Source: a virus
DNA length: 64,000 nt
IMG/VR virus record: IMGVR_UViG_3300030419_005456
Location: 1-64,000 of that record
Reading direction: 5' to 3' (one strand)
Program-made: the position numbers and the translations under genes
Notes under the pieces: model-generated
Database searches by the model: none
What the model was told of the DNA's origin: nothing
What the model saw: only the letters and a program-made list of their open reading frames with translations
Shown here: positions 35,901 to 43,575 of the stretch, one piece after another
How the letters are laid out: each line of letters begins with the position of its first letter
How positions within the stretch are numbered: position 1 is the first letter of the stretch

Positions 35901-38900
35901 GATGGCTATTATGTTAATGACGAAGCTAACAGTGCGGAGGGTTGTGGTGAACCTAATGTATATGCAATGCCAACAGCAGAATGTTGGTCATACAAATATA
36001 AAACGGGAGACGGATGTCGTGGTCTGGGAACCAAAACGGTAGAAATGGAATACAACGGTTCTCATTGGACAACGCCTTGGTTCCCAATGATGGCCGACAC
36101 TCCAAAAACCAGAACGCTTAATGATGGACAATCATACCCAGAATTTGTAGGCGGTATGTCTTGTCAGAATTTTGCCATTCATGCAAATTGTGAAGCGGGA
36201 TACGGCGGTAGAAACGCTGACAAGACCTACAAACAAATTTTGGTTAGTTCTATGGGAGATTCTCAAGCTGACATGAATTGCGGGGGATGTTCAACGCACG
36301 AATGGAACGGCGTAGGAACACCACCAATACCAAGCCCAAAGATGGACGCCTACTTAATGCGTGTTCGTATGGGTTGTGGTGGAGCGTATCAACAGTATCA
36401 CGGAATGGATACATTGAAGAGTGGAGATTATTATCAAAATAATCAATTGAGTCTTTGGTCTGAAATCACTAAATGTACCTATCACATGTGTAATAAATTC
36501 AATGTGATGGATTCATATAGACCACCATGTCCGGGGCAAGGAGATGGGTGTGTTAATACAAGCAATTGGGCAGAACAGGGTTGGTGTAAATTTGGAGATA
36601 CCGATGGATTTTGTGATTGTCCTGTATTAGATGCGACAGGCTTGGCACCAGACTTTAAAGCTGTAAAGACCATTACCGACGACAAAGTATGTCTTTCTAG
36701 CTATCATCCAGATTTGGAAGATACGACAGACTGTGGCGGTCTTGAAGACTGTCATTGCGTTTGGGCGCACCCCGACTCAAAGTTCGGGTGTGAAAAAGAG
36801 GGGGGCGAATGGATTCGATCAGAAGAACCCATTCCTTATTATGACGATTGCGTTAACTGGAACGGATGGGTTGCTGTTCCGGGCGTAGATTGTGACTCTC
36901 AGTTACCATGTACCGAATGTTGTTCATTCTACCCGCCAACTCCGCAAATGGTGTTCAATACAACTAAACCATATGATGAACATGGAGCGCCCAAGCAGTA
37001 TATTAGTTGCGCCAGTGCTAGTATGATTAGTTCCTTGGAAGCCACTCCGTATGGAATTGAGGGGATGCCATTTCCCAGATGGAAACATCACAAACATGCA
37101 GACAGAGTAACAAAAATGGAAACCACAGGATGGAATCCTAAAACTCCAGAAAACTTTACTGTATACTTTGTAGAAGATTATGCTAGTGATTATGTTGCAA
37201 ACGCAGGTCATTCATTAGTTGTTAACAAAGGTAGTCGTGAGGCTTGTAATTGGCATGCTGGAGATCCTGTTAGCATAGGAATGGCTGATAGGGTTGAGGC
37301 AGAAACCGGACAGGGTTTCGGATTTACTAGAGATAGATTAAGCGCACAACCAGATTGGCCAAATCATACCACCGAACTTGCTAGTGATATAGCAGATGGT
37401 AAAGCGCGGTGGGAAAATAGCATGTTCAGGGATTCCGCAGAAGAAGCATACATGGAAATTCATGTAAAAAATGCGGGAGCATTAATAAGCAGGGCGAGCA
37501 TAGAGCAATCGCGTTACTGGAGAGCGCAAGAAAGATACCTCGCCTCTGAACCTTGGCCGTATGGTGACAGAATCTGGCCGGTTGGACATCAAAATAATAG
37601 CAAGTCTCCTTCTGCAACGGTAAATGTGGGAGAACTTGAATCTGTAGGTGGAAACGCTTTATCGGCAGCAAATGCGGCAAGAAATGGAAGAATAGGTCAT
37701 TTACCCACACTTGATAATATTACCGATCCTAAAAAAGCGGTATTTATTGGTGAATGGCCAAAACATGAAGTTGAGTACAAAGGAAACGACGAGGGAGAAG
37801 ACGATACAACAAATCCAATTCCTGTTAATAATAATGATTTTAATAACTCTATTGCTATAGCAGAAGTAGAGAATGTATACGATTGGGATACAGCCTATTG
37901 TACAAATCCTGTTGCTAAAAATAAAGACGATTGTGAGGCGTTAGGCAAGTGTCTAGGCGTAGCAGACGAAGAAACAGGTATAAGACCTGTTATAGAAGAT
38001 ATTACCAATGAGATAGTTTGTAATGCAGAAAAAGACGTTGACTCAGAAGGAAAACTTGTAGATGCTGGATATAAATGGAAAAAGACAGGTTGGTGGATGC
38101 CTACCTTTAAATATACGTTGTTTACTATGGGTGCAAGACACACCGATGGTCACATAGTAAAAAGTGAACACGATCTTAGAGCCGGAGAAAAGATTATCAT
38201 AAATGGGTCTGAGTGTCACAAATCCTACTGTGCTGCACACCCACAAGCAAACGAAAAATGGGAATTGCCAGATCATATATCTGGCGGAGATAGTGAAATG
38301 ATCGAGGGGATGGAGGATGAGCAAGTTAAACATCATCCAACATTAGACAAAACACTTTGTGAAAAAGTATATGGAGGTGTTTGGACTAGCCCCAAAAGCA
38401 GTGAGAGCGTACAACAAGGATGCTCTCCCTTATGTAGACTAGACTTATGGTGGGATAAAAATGCTTGTGGTGACAACTGCATGGATTCTATAGTTACTGA
38501 GCCATATTGTAGTTGGAAAGAAAACGGTGACAAAGCACGACTAAAAGTTAAAAACAATACTAGCTACTGTATGCTGTTAGGCAAGAGGGTAGATTTAAAT
38601 GAGGCTGATTGTAAGGCTGTAAAAGCTTATGAATGTAAGGTTACTTCTGGCCCCAACGCGGGAAAATATTTAGATACTGGTAATTGTGAAGAGCCTTTAG
38701 GTACGAATAACGAGAATACAACAGACGATCAATGTCCGTGTTGTCCAGACCCCACACAGACGCTAGCTGGGGATATGAAGGCATATCCAGAATGTAAAGA
38801 AAAATGGACTATAAGCACAGGCGAGTGGGTAACCTCACATAGTTATGATCCTGACTTTTCATCGGAAACAGACTGCAAAGACAAAAATAAGTGTGCTTGT

Positions 38901-39653
38901 ATTTATACTGGAGCGTCTGGACGAGCAGGTGAAGAGTTTGGTGTGGCAGTAGACGGCGTAACAACAAAGGATGCCTGCGAAGCGTTACGACCTAACACTA
39001 AATGGGTGTGCGGAGGGACAGATACCAAATGGAATCCCGCAACACAAATATTACCAGAGTGTGTCATAGACGGTTCTCATGTGGTAGGATTAATTGATGA
39101 AGATGGAAACGTGATTAGAGACCCTCACAAATTAGGGGGCTTTGGAAATACTCAGATCCGCAAAGACGTATTTACCATCCTTAATGAGAATCCTGTAGTT
39201 CCACACTCACTTCGTCCAGAAAGTCCTAACAATTACAATGATATAATTAATAAAAACGTAGTGACTTCCTTGGGTCATGAAATAATGGGGGGCGCTCCGA
39301 AGAACTTATACAAAGGTAGTACGTACGTAGCCGGAGAGGTAAATGATGAAGGAGAAACAGGACCATATGCTGGTGGTTCATGGAGTCGTCACGGAGGGTC
39401 GTTTAACATTAGGGTAGGATCAAAACCACAGCTAGATGACTGCGCTCAAGGCAATTCAAACACACCAGTCCACTTAACTTACTTTTTAAACATGTCAAAT
39501 TCAATGTGTAATCACTACTTGCCACCAATTGATGACAAATGTAACGAACAATGTTGGCGAGGATATGGACCATATACAGAGCCTAATATGACTTTTGAAG
39601 AAAGAGGAAGAGCTTTAATTAGGGTGGATATAACAGAAAAAGGATCTTACTAG
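29985..39653 (+). CDS. Giant cysteine-rich tail-tip/fibre protein (3222 aa) with two split E1-FCCH-like beta-barrels
   Basis: Uninterrupted 9.7-kb ORF; about 150 Cys by hand count; IEYASNTTPIVVKSINHGLKLGDHVGIDG and HDLRAGEKIIING motifs. Confidence 0.7.
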   Translation: MTVGDNFDTSSLGTRNRRTKRYAGSLETAGLYGQWYQENNFGHPCNIGCGCKKVCDGLLGPCLLPPELQVTLVKSSSGRVSARIQTDTKGSQGSGNAETFHLIYQNGAWRGRKCCTDSDSRILIDESEGETVSYYPTQDSGDKSRSGEYLYFVKDEDFDDGEGNSAFKFAGQTGVLVDKKGRPVHFNSNRTATSSAIDLDESMGAEEDCGGRKCAKVGAFKHSEWMGCDPCSVTTIDASYQLYKQDVDEEGNKISVPDGYKVTAINAEKVCSYYGKEGVHRPWKGKTTRPHDLKFEDINQETAGIPVFPGVQSGCLPDGEKARLSNDYCWDVVNNKIAEKNIVQCFDGGTEIRADLDYPNKAQDCIDAGYKAVNATRTLTEKECLEQAKCVTGEDNTIVSKWNCLSRFDPKSTYNTTGEEASIKRTWTLEWKSGTEVVFDANKKIIAGGYDRTSCCGGHVIDQWHTPHTPNLRSGSQGVKHGWQGTCVTPYKELVLTPGVPDNMTPGMTALTCGTGTANSHERFEMHDDLVESGFTLVYRDCDFYNDYNPDDDPYNNPDSTDADVPSGGKETVLIIPMDQVMNCSDFTLTELDGNHNSSRDGWQVEYGDLAGNAAGGDYPGDPHSTDGNDPAINYCIRDSEGPWHDSTKDEWAHGGGFKGAGADGSKSWKRTNVPKGFGATGKGEYVDTNHGSCSVAYYWENSLGLDPHNARSYHNPGDWALRKLNLQPQPFKATEWRQNKKKTLKQAEADRAAFEQCISVRWPTWCQKTGLPFWFENDFLWDKFTYKYGRYGSKTAISDQACAPISQSIYDILQVSYDDKNYGTEDNPEYKGKCVYSFENVQKRVITLDSFSVYEIFDDKGGLASQGAKFESDGSGGVKDHGHSGKEATGRIIDGSKVGFQECMVDEYEYCTDDNYISFEGCMNGGGYWQSTMGTWEYPELEGPGDSGHTQCGGCGSGPRIAFFVDDPPAGLSAQEKLDWERKYRDGQNMKQPGTNPDDYYFINLPSQITSKMAELYTDRKDIDGYDKDETDSLDYWGKTGLWPDHATASYVAHTMLGLNTTRKIEYASNTTPIVVKSINHGLKLGDHVGIDGILGNFRANTWTLGQWMEQAWHNKRSSPCGGETDCDAPIWPDAVCPCNDGSCSHPKGADSKEACESIRNTWDDFCKLDGVDISGSAFGDLVESNDWSEEDAKEYCYSSGKCYKTHPDGTRIEEISGAVVESEGYLSQHTCFAYGNRQGGDGFKYEFDHHNKLCLVEGELKYAEDKNYCENAYDHSLGGVWQGSTDKYPPEAKAKSSSECSDTNHKNKDDCLKARPKWTQGKSFGKDNEHCSGVTIKGKAPPPADFFVVKPVDDDHFQLWNCAGEPIEGTIDEGVVCEGDEALDVTEKACGNTIAPWNQGVIGQTGGQEIEMVKQTIWGIEKEWPMLKLSNSIPLNEDNCTEYGYCWIVGIGYEAESIMTQTDCFNLARVYEKIEMTEASKKAGKFQHTLLLAPLDKNPDNVNPCVNGTDPSECWQPLEWTRKKSIEEAAGERTSAAITNWQVCPHTGVWTIWDMNTTNPLVSDPADPSISWRPFWTESAYKSEKGAEDNYVYIHQEEVCPVCCDHFMPEKLLATVDGLAVTGSTGLVEGTDHFNYMTSGTHNVKVPDTDNDYCAEIKDGKRTKTDKEYVDCKVDENTPEGVTYEWIVPLKATTVNCGINACTGKFYDFVETQTIDLRTNAKGRVGGKYCCDCGGYYENGVWYTTECVKCSDALRFDDPVVDHEFGDSQLGIAPDPCCSCECNPGEGNTHKTSLMDYKYPTYKQVCDSPLMPQEAGKTLTVGELTCKTVTVEEECVATVASCLDLDSEEKCNAADVGDGGCYWASDTTPSGDEFFYCKDRADSVPFSSDSVCAERYEEKDACNASPVCVWQDEKTACSCGTDGTGRKGCTGFPNNRPLTCEPSQLGTNRGACEYDFNGAKIIAGGSTVDKDGYYVNDEANSAEGCGEPNVYAMPTAECWSYKYKTGDGCRGLGTKTVEMEYNGSHWTTPWFPMMADTPKTRTLNDGQSYPEFVGGMSCQNFAIHANCEAGYGGRNADKTYKQILVSSMGDSQADMNCGGCSTHEWNGVGTPPIPSPKMDAYLMRVRMGCGGAYQQYHGMDTLKSGDYYQNNQLSLWSEITKCTYHMCNKFNVMDSYRPPCPGQGDGCVNTSNWAEQGWCKFGDTDGFCDCPVLDATGLAPDFKAVKTITDDKVCLSSYHPDLEDTTDCGGLEDCHCVWAHPDSKFGCEKEGGEWIRSEEPIPYYDDCVNWNGWVAVPGVDCDSQLPCTECCSFYPPTPQMVFNTTKPYDEHGAPKQYISCASASMISSLEATPYGIEGMPFPRWKHHKHADRVTKMETTGWNPKTPENFTVYFVEDYASDYVANAGHSLVVNKGSREACNWHAGDPVSIGMADRVEAETGQGFGFTRDRLSAQPDWPNHTTELASDIADGKARWENSMFRDSAEEAYMEIHVKNAGALISRASIEQSRYWRAQERYLASEPWPYGDRIWPVGHQNNSKSPSATVNVGELESVGGNALSAANAARNGRIGHLPTLDNITDPKKAVFIGEWPKHEVEYKGNDEGEDDTTNPIPVNNNDFNNSIAIAEVENVYDWDTAYCTNPVAKNKDDCEALGKCLGVADEETGIRPVIEDITNEIVCNAEKDVDSEGKLVDAGYKWKKTGWWMPTFKYTLFTMGARHTDGHIVKSEHDLRAGEKIIINGSECHKSYCAAHPQANEKWELPDHISGGDSEMIEGMEDEQVKHHPTLDKTLCEKVYGGVWTSPKSSESVQQGCSPLCRLDLWWDKNACGDNCMDSIVTEPYCSWKENGDKARLKVKNNTSYCMLLGKRVDLNEADCKAVKAYECKVTSGPNAGKYLDTGNCEEPLGTNNENTTDDQCPCCPDPTQTLAGDMKAYPECKEKWTISTGEWVTSHSYDPDFSSETDCKDKNKCACIYTGASGRAGEEFGVAVDGVTTKDACEALRPNTKWVCGGTDTKWNPATQILPECVIDGSHVVGLIDEDGNVIRDPHKLGGFGNTQIRKDVFTILNENPVVPHSLRPESPNNYNDIINKNVVTSLGHEIMGGAPKNLYKGSTYVAGEVNDEGETGPYAGGSWSRHGGSFNIRVGSKPQLDDCAQGNSNTPVHLTYFLNMSNSMCNHYLPPIDDKCNEQCWRGYGPYTEPNMTFEERGRALIRVDITEKGSY

Positions 39654-39661
39654 GAGACAAC

Positions 39662-40195
39662 ATGGGTTGTGGAAAATGCGGCGAAAGTAGATATTATAAC
39701 TATCGCCCCAAAAAGAAGAGAAAAACCAAGGGGTTTTTTAGCGAAACAGGAACTATCGAAAAGAAGGAAAATAAAGGTCCACCCACTACACCCTGTGAAT
39801 GTAAATTTCAGGAGGGTCAAGAGTTATACTGCGATAGACATAAGTGTGTAAAAACAAAACAATTACATGAATTATGTCAGTATTCTCAGGGATACTTTGA
39901 TCTATGGGAGCAAGGAGAAGGCCCGTTGCAAGCTGTATTTCACAAAGAAGAAGAAAAACCAGCAGAAGAAGAGGTTTCTTTAAGCGACTTTTTTATGGGA
40001 GACTTAGATATACCAGCTAAGTCAAGAGGTTTAGGTGATACGGTTGCAAAAATAACAAAAATAACTGGTATAAAAAAACTAGTGTATATAATCAACGATA
40101 TGTTGGGAAGAGAATGCGCATGCACTGAAAGGCAGAGTTTTCTCAACAGATTGTTTCCATACGAAAAGCCCAAGAAAACTAAAGGGTTTTTTTGA
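39662..40195 (+). CDS. Small Cys-rich protein with SRGLGDTVAK motif
   Basis: 177 aa, AGGAGA SD; SRGLGDTVAKIT..GIKK..CAC.ERQ..LNRLFPY is a motif I recognise from small phage proteins. Confidence 0.65.
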   Translation: MGCGKCGESRYYNYRPKKKRKTKGFFSETGTIEKKENKGPPTTPCECKFQEGQELYCDRHKCVKTKQLHELCQYSQGYFDLWEQGEGPLQAVFHKEEEKPAEEEVSLSDFFMGDLDIPAKSRGLGDTVAKITKITGIKKLVYIINDMLGRECACTERQSFLNRLFPYEKPKKTKGFF

Positions 40196-40198
40196 TAA

Positions 40199-40225
40199 TG
40201 GTGTATAATAATGTAGGTTAACCCG
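40199..40225 (+). promoter_or_regulatory. Second copy of putative late promoter TGGTGTATAATA with TTAACCCG box
   Basis: Exact 12-mer match to 7288-7299 and same downstream layout. Confidence 0.6.
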
Positions 40226-40240
40226 CAAGGAGATAGCAAT

Positions 40241-40951
40241 ATGGCTTCTATAAGTTTCTACGCTGGAAATACCGTCGTAAACCATCTATCTGGTTCAGGT
40301 CTTGGTTTTTTTGGCGGTTCATTTGGCCAGTCGGTGGAATTAAATCAATGGCAAAGTACCACTTATATTACTGACGGCAATGGAACCGTACAGGGTGGTG
40401 CAGCTAATAATGTAAAATATTCTACTGATAGTTTGGCATTTGCAGATGGTATTGTGCCAGCCACCGGCTTAAAATTCATACCAAACTCTAAAGCTACCTG
40501 TAATGTTCGTTTTACCAACAGCACCGCAGTAAAAACACAAAATGTCAAATTGAGAATTTTTGACAGAACAAATAAAGATCACCCAGCCAGTGGTGTTGTC
40601 ACGAGAGTAACAGAGCTTCTTCACCCATCCTCTTCGTACAGCGTAGAAGGATCTGGAGACTCGTTATGGTGGGGTAGTTCAACACATACTGGAACTGACG
40701 CTCAAGGCACTCTACAGGGATCTCCTAATCCAAGTAGCAGATTACCTGCTGGTACTAATACGGTTGGCGGTAGTGGTATTTATGTACCTCTCGCTAAATC
40801 TCCCGGCCCTAGTGGTATCTTTGCAGGAAACGGCGCTAACAATACAGGTCAATATACGCAGCATGACTGGTATTTGGGAATTAGCGCTTCTCCAGATAGC
40901 GTAGGAAGCAAAACCCTGTACGGTTTATATGTAGAACTAGAATATCTATAA
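40241..40951 (+). CDS. Hypothetical Gly/Ser/Thr-rich virion protein, probably abundant
   Basis: 236 aa with its own promoter, strong SD and terminator; HDWYLGISASPDSVGSK..GLYVELEYL C-terminus. Confidence 0.6.
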   Translation: MASISFYAGNTVVNHLSGSGLGFFGGSFGQSVELNQWQSTTYITDGNGTVQGGAANNVKYSTDSLAFADGIVPATGLKFIPNSKATCNVRFTNSTAVKTQNVKLRIFDRTNKDHPASGVVTRVTELLHPSSSYSVEGSGDSLWWGSSTHTGTDAQGTLQGSPNPSSRLPAGTNTVGGSGIYVPLAKSPGPSGIFAGNGANNTGQYTQHDWYLGISASPDSVGSKTLYGLYVELEYL

Positions 40952-40972
40952 TCATTACCTTGTTGGTTCTAC

Positions 40973-41012
40973 AAAAAAACCCCCGGCCATCCTTGGTCGG
41001 GGGTTCTTTTTT
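40973..41012. terminator. Bidirectional rho-independent terminator between convergent operons
   Basis: AAAAAAACCCCCGGCCA-TCCT-TGGTCGGGGGTTCTTTTTT: A-tract, GC stem, T-tract. Confidence 0.85.
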
Positions 41013-41090
41013 GGTAGCAGGCAAGCATGCACGCCTCCGCTTGCTACCGTATAGGGTTTTACCGTGGAAAGCTTAACCCTATTTGATTGA

Positions 41091-41426
41091 CTACTCCTCC
41101 TGCTTCGTTTCAGGATTCCACTTAACCCATCCTCGGTTTGGCAGCCAACCGCCTTCCTTGTCTTTTCGTTTTGGAAACAATCTTCCGCCCTGTTTGGTTT
41201 TACCAAAGGACAAACGAGACCCACAATCTTTACATCTGATTTCGTAATAAAGGTTGTCGTCTACATTTCTAGAAACAAATCGCAGGTCTTCGCTTTCGCA
41301 TTTTCCGCAACAGGTTTCATCAAAGATTTCTTGAAAGGAAGAGATCTGCTCAAAAAGGTCAATTTGAGTTTCACCTTCCATTTCAGCAGTAATCTTTGAA
41401 TTGCTATTTGTATAAGTAATTTTCAC
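41091..41426 (-). CDS. Zn-ribbon protein
   Basis: 111 aa; CGKC...CKDC followed by an aromatic/basic tail (LFPKRKD..GWL..GWVKW). Confidence 0.65.
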   Translation of the reverse strand: MKITYTNSNSKITAEMEGETQIDLFEQISSFQEIFDETCCGKCESEDLRFVSRNVDDNLYYEIRCKDCGSRLSFGKTKQGGRLFPKRKDKEGGWLPNRGWVKWNPETKQEE

Positions 41427-41429
41427 TGT

Positions 41430-42320
41430 TTACCTCCAGTCTGTTTTGTAGCCTTTTATATTTTCTGATATTTCAACATTGCCGTTCTGATAACTATTTA
41501 ACATTGTTATCATCTTTTTGGCACAATCTTTATCTATGTCATTAATGCTGCTATAAGTATGCTGACCCATATTTATAAACCCAACAACATCAATGTCTAA
41601 CTGATTACATTTGTTGTCAATAAACTGTACTTGTTGAGGGCTTATTCTTTGGTCGGCAGTACCAGCAGAAGCAGCAGAAACAGACTGTTGTACTATCTCT
41701 ACGATATTTTTCTTGGCCAGTTCTTCAGCAGCCAAAACCCGCAATTTCAGTGCTTTTCTTAACGCTCTACCTTCCGCTCTCGTGGACGCTGTGGCCACAG
41801 GATGGGCGCAGAATAAATCGTCTGTATTACCATGCCATACATCAGCCACTTCTGAGAAGGTTTTATATATTCCACTGTTAAACCAGTTAAATACAACCCT
41901 ATAAACAACTGTTGCACGACCCGGACCATCATTATCTGTAGCAGCAAAAACCTTAGATGGGCCTGTTTCTAAAATCTCTCCCAATAAAAGTTCTGCAACT
42001 CGTCTTAGGCCAGCACATATAGGATTACCATCTATTAACTCATTGTCATAAAAATGAGACATAGCATATTCATGCCATTCGGGAGAAGTAATAGATGGTG
42101 CATCAAGAACTTCTTCTGTTTGTATTTCAGAAGACTGTTGTACTTCATTCATATCAAAAAGTTCTTCATATTCAGCAGGCTTTTCCAATGTTTCTTCTGT
42201 CATCATAATATCTTCCGCTAAGGCTATCAAATCTTTTTTCTTTGCTCCGGTTGGAACTGCGCAATTATATTCTTTTAGTAGTTCCTTAATCTCTTTAACG
42301 CTAAGGTCTTTTACTATCAT
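41430..42320 (-). CDS. Putative Rad52/Sak-like single-strand annealing protein with N-terminal HeH/SAP-like motif
   Basis: ATASTRAEGRALRKAL helix preceded by beta strands; N-terminal LSVKEIKELLK..PTGAKKKDLIAL. Confidence 0.55.
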   Translation of the reverse strand: MIVKDLSVKEIKELLKEYNCAVPTGAKKKDLIALAEDIMMTEETLEKPAEYEELFDMNEVQQSSEIQTEEVLDAPSITSPEWHEYAMSHFYDNELIDGNPICAGLRRVAELLLGEILETGPSKVFAATDNDGPGRATVVYRVVFNWFNSGIYKTFSEVADVWHGNTDDLFCAHPVATASTRAEGRALRKALKLRVLAAEELAKKNIVEIVQQSVSAASAGTADQRISPQQVQFIDNKCNQLDIDVVGFINMGQHTYSSINDIDKDCAKKMITMLNSYQNGNVEISENIKGYKTDWR

Positions 42321-43105
42321 GTTTCAATCTCGATTAGTCTTTTAGATTTTGGTGGAAACTTCTGTTCGATTTTATCAACGGTTTCCAAAACTTTTTCAAG
42401 GGTGTCTCGCATGTTTTTAGCGGAAACGTTCTTGATAAGATTCTTCACCCTTACTACAACATATCCAGCACTGATAAGCATACCGGCTTTCTGAGCGTCT
42501 GCTCGAATATGTTTCTGAAGGCTCTCTTCCCCCCAGATCGGCAAAAAGTGAGCCGGTCCATCAATCTCGATAGCCACTTTAAGGGCTGGGAGGAAAAGAT
42601 CAATTTCCATGTTTTGGTTGGAAATCAATCCCTTCTTATGAAAGATAGCTTCATATCCGGCTTCTGTCAAGCCTTTAAAGATAAATTTTTCGATTTTAGA
42701 GCCTTCTTTACTGGCTTTTCGGACGGCTTCTGCTGCCAATTTCCTCAAATTCGACTTGTCTTCTTCGGACATTTCTTCCCATTGTTTTTTAGAAAGCAAG
42801 GATCGTCTTTCCCTTTCTTCCTCTTCCATGTTGCCCCAGTAAGACGACATGCCATTGCTGATGGCGATTTTTTCAGAGTCTGTCCTCCTCTTGCCACGGG
42901 TTGGATGCTCATGTCGCCCTTGCTTAATCGCAACGGTTTGGGCGGAACTTCGATCACGCAAAGGCACGCCTAGCGTATTTAAAGTTCGTCTGATTTTGTT
43001 TGGGTATGTACCAATCTCCTGAGCTATTTCATACGTACTCTTTTCTTGATTAACATACCTGTCGATAATTGTCTCTTTGTATTTTTGAATAAATTGGCTA
43101 CTCAT
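42317..43105 (-). CDS. DUF559/Vsr-like endonuclease with HTH and NUMOD3-like repeats (homing-endonuclease-like)
   Basis: STYEIAQEIG HTH; RGKRRTDSEKIAIS; SKIEK..EIDLFLP..AIEIDGPAH..D..K..L..GY.VVR. Confidence 0.75.
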   Translation of the reverse strand: MSSQFIQKYKETIIDRYVNQEKSTYEIAQEIGTYPNKIRRTLNTLGVPLRDRSSAQTVAIKQGRHEHPTRGKRRTDSEKIAISNGMSSYWGNMEEEERERRSLLSKKQWEEMSEEDKSNLRKLAAEAVRKASKEGSKIEKFIFKGLTEAGYEAIFHKKGLISNQNMEIDLFLPALKVAIEIDGPAHFLPIWGEESLQKHIRADAQKAGMLISAGYVVVRVKNLIKNVSAKNMRDTLEKVLETVDKIEQKFPPKSKRLIEIET

Positions 43106-43575
43106 TTGTTAATAACACCTATTAATTGATCTATATTAAAGTTTTCTACTACTCCACATACCTCTCTGTTGCAATAATTTTTAATGGCTTTGGCGTGGCT
43201 ATCGCTACGCGCTATCAATTTTATGCTTGGGTCTTTGTAAGCTTGTACAGTATATTCATATTCTATTCCTCCTTGTCTACTCCATTCTAAATCCCATACA
43301 TAAAAATACTTTTTGATGGGAAGGCATGTTTTTTGTAAGGATAAAGCCGTGGTTACAGAAGTGGCTATAGCAACACCGCCAAATCCCCAAATTTCGCTAA
43401 CACTCATTGTGGAAAATTTTGGTGGTATCATGCTTGGTGTAGAGTTTTCAAAAAAACCTACAAAGTCAAAATCTGAATTATCTAAGTGGTTGTTCATGTT
43501 TTTTATTGCGTAGAAGGTAAGCTGGCTAGCGCTAAAATCTTCTAGCAAAACACCAATTTGTTTATTTTTTTGCAT
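43102..43575 (-). CDS. Glycosyltransferase-like (GT-B N-terminal-type) protein
   Basis: 157 aa; AIATS..TA..KKYFYVWDLEW..LIARS; last gene of the glycan block. Confidence 0.4.
   Translation of the reverse strand: MQKNKQIGVLLEDFSASQLTFYAIKNMNNHLDNSDFDFVGFFENSTPSMIPPKFSTMSVSEIWGFGGVAIATSVTTALSLQKTCLPIKKYFYVWDLEWSRQGGIEYEYTVQAYKDPSIKLIARSDSHAKAIKNYCNREVCGVVENFNIDQLIGVINK

Noticed and set aside
29985-39653. Diversity-generating retroelement target in the giant protein
   Set aside because: No reverse transcriptase is in the window and I saw no near-identical repeat pair differing at adenines.
39706-39725. PKKKRK resembling the SV40 nuclear localisation signal
   Set aside because: Bacterial SD sites, operons and tail genes indicate a phage; a short basic run can arise by chance.
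40955-41224. 89-aa minus-strand ORF across the hairpins, and the other short antisense ORFs in the track
   Set aside because: They overlap well-supported genes or terminators, lack SD sites and motifs, and look like shadow ORFs.
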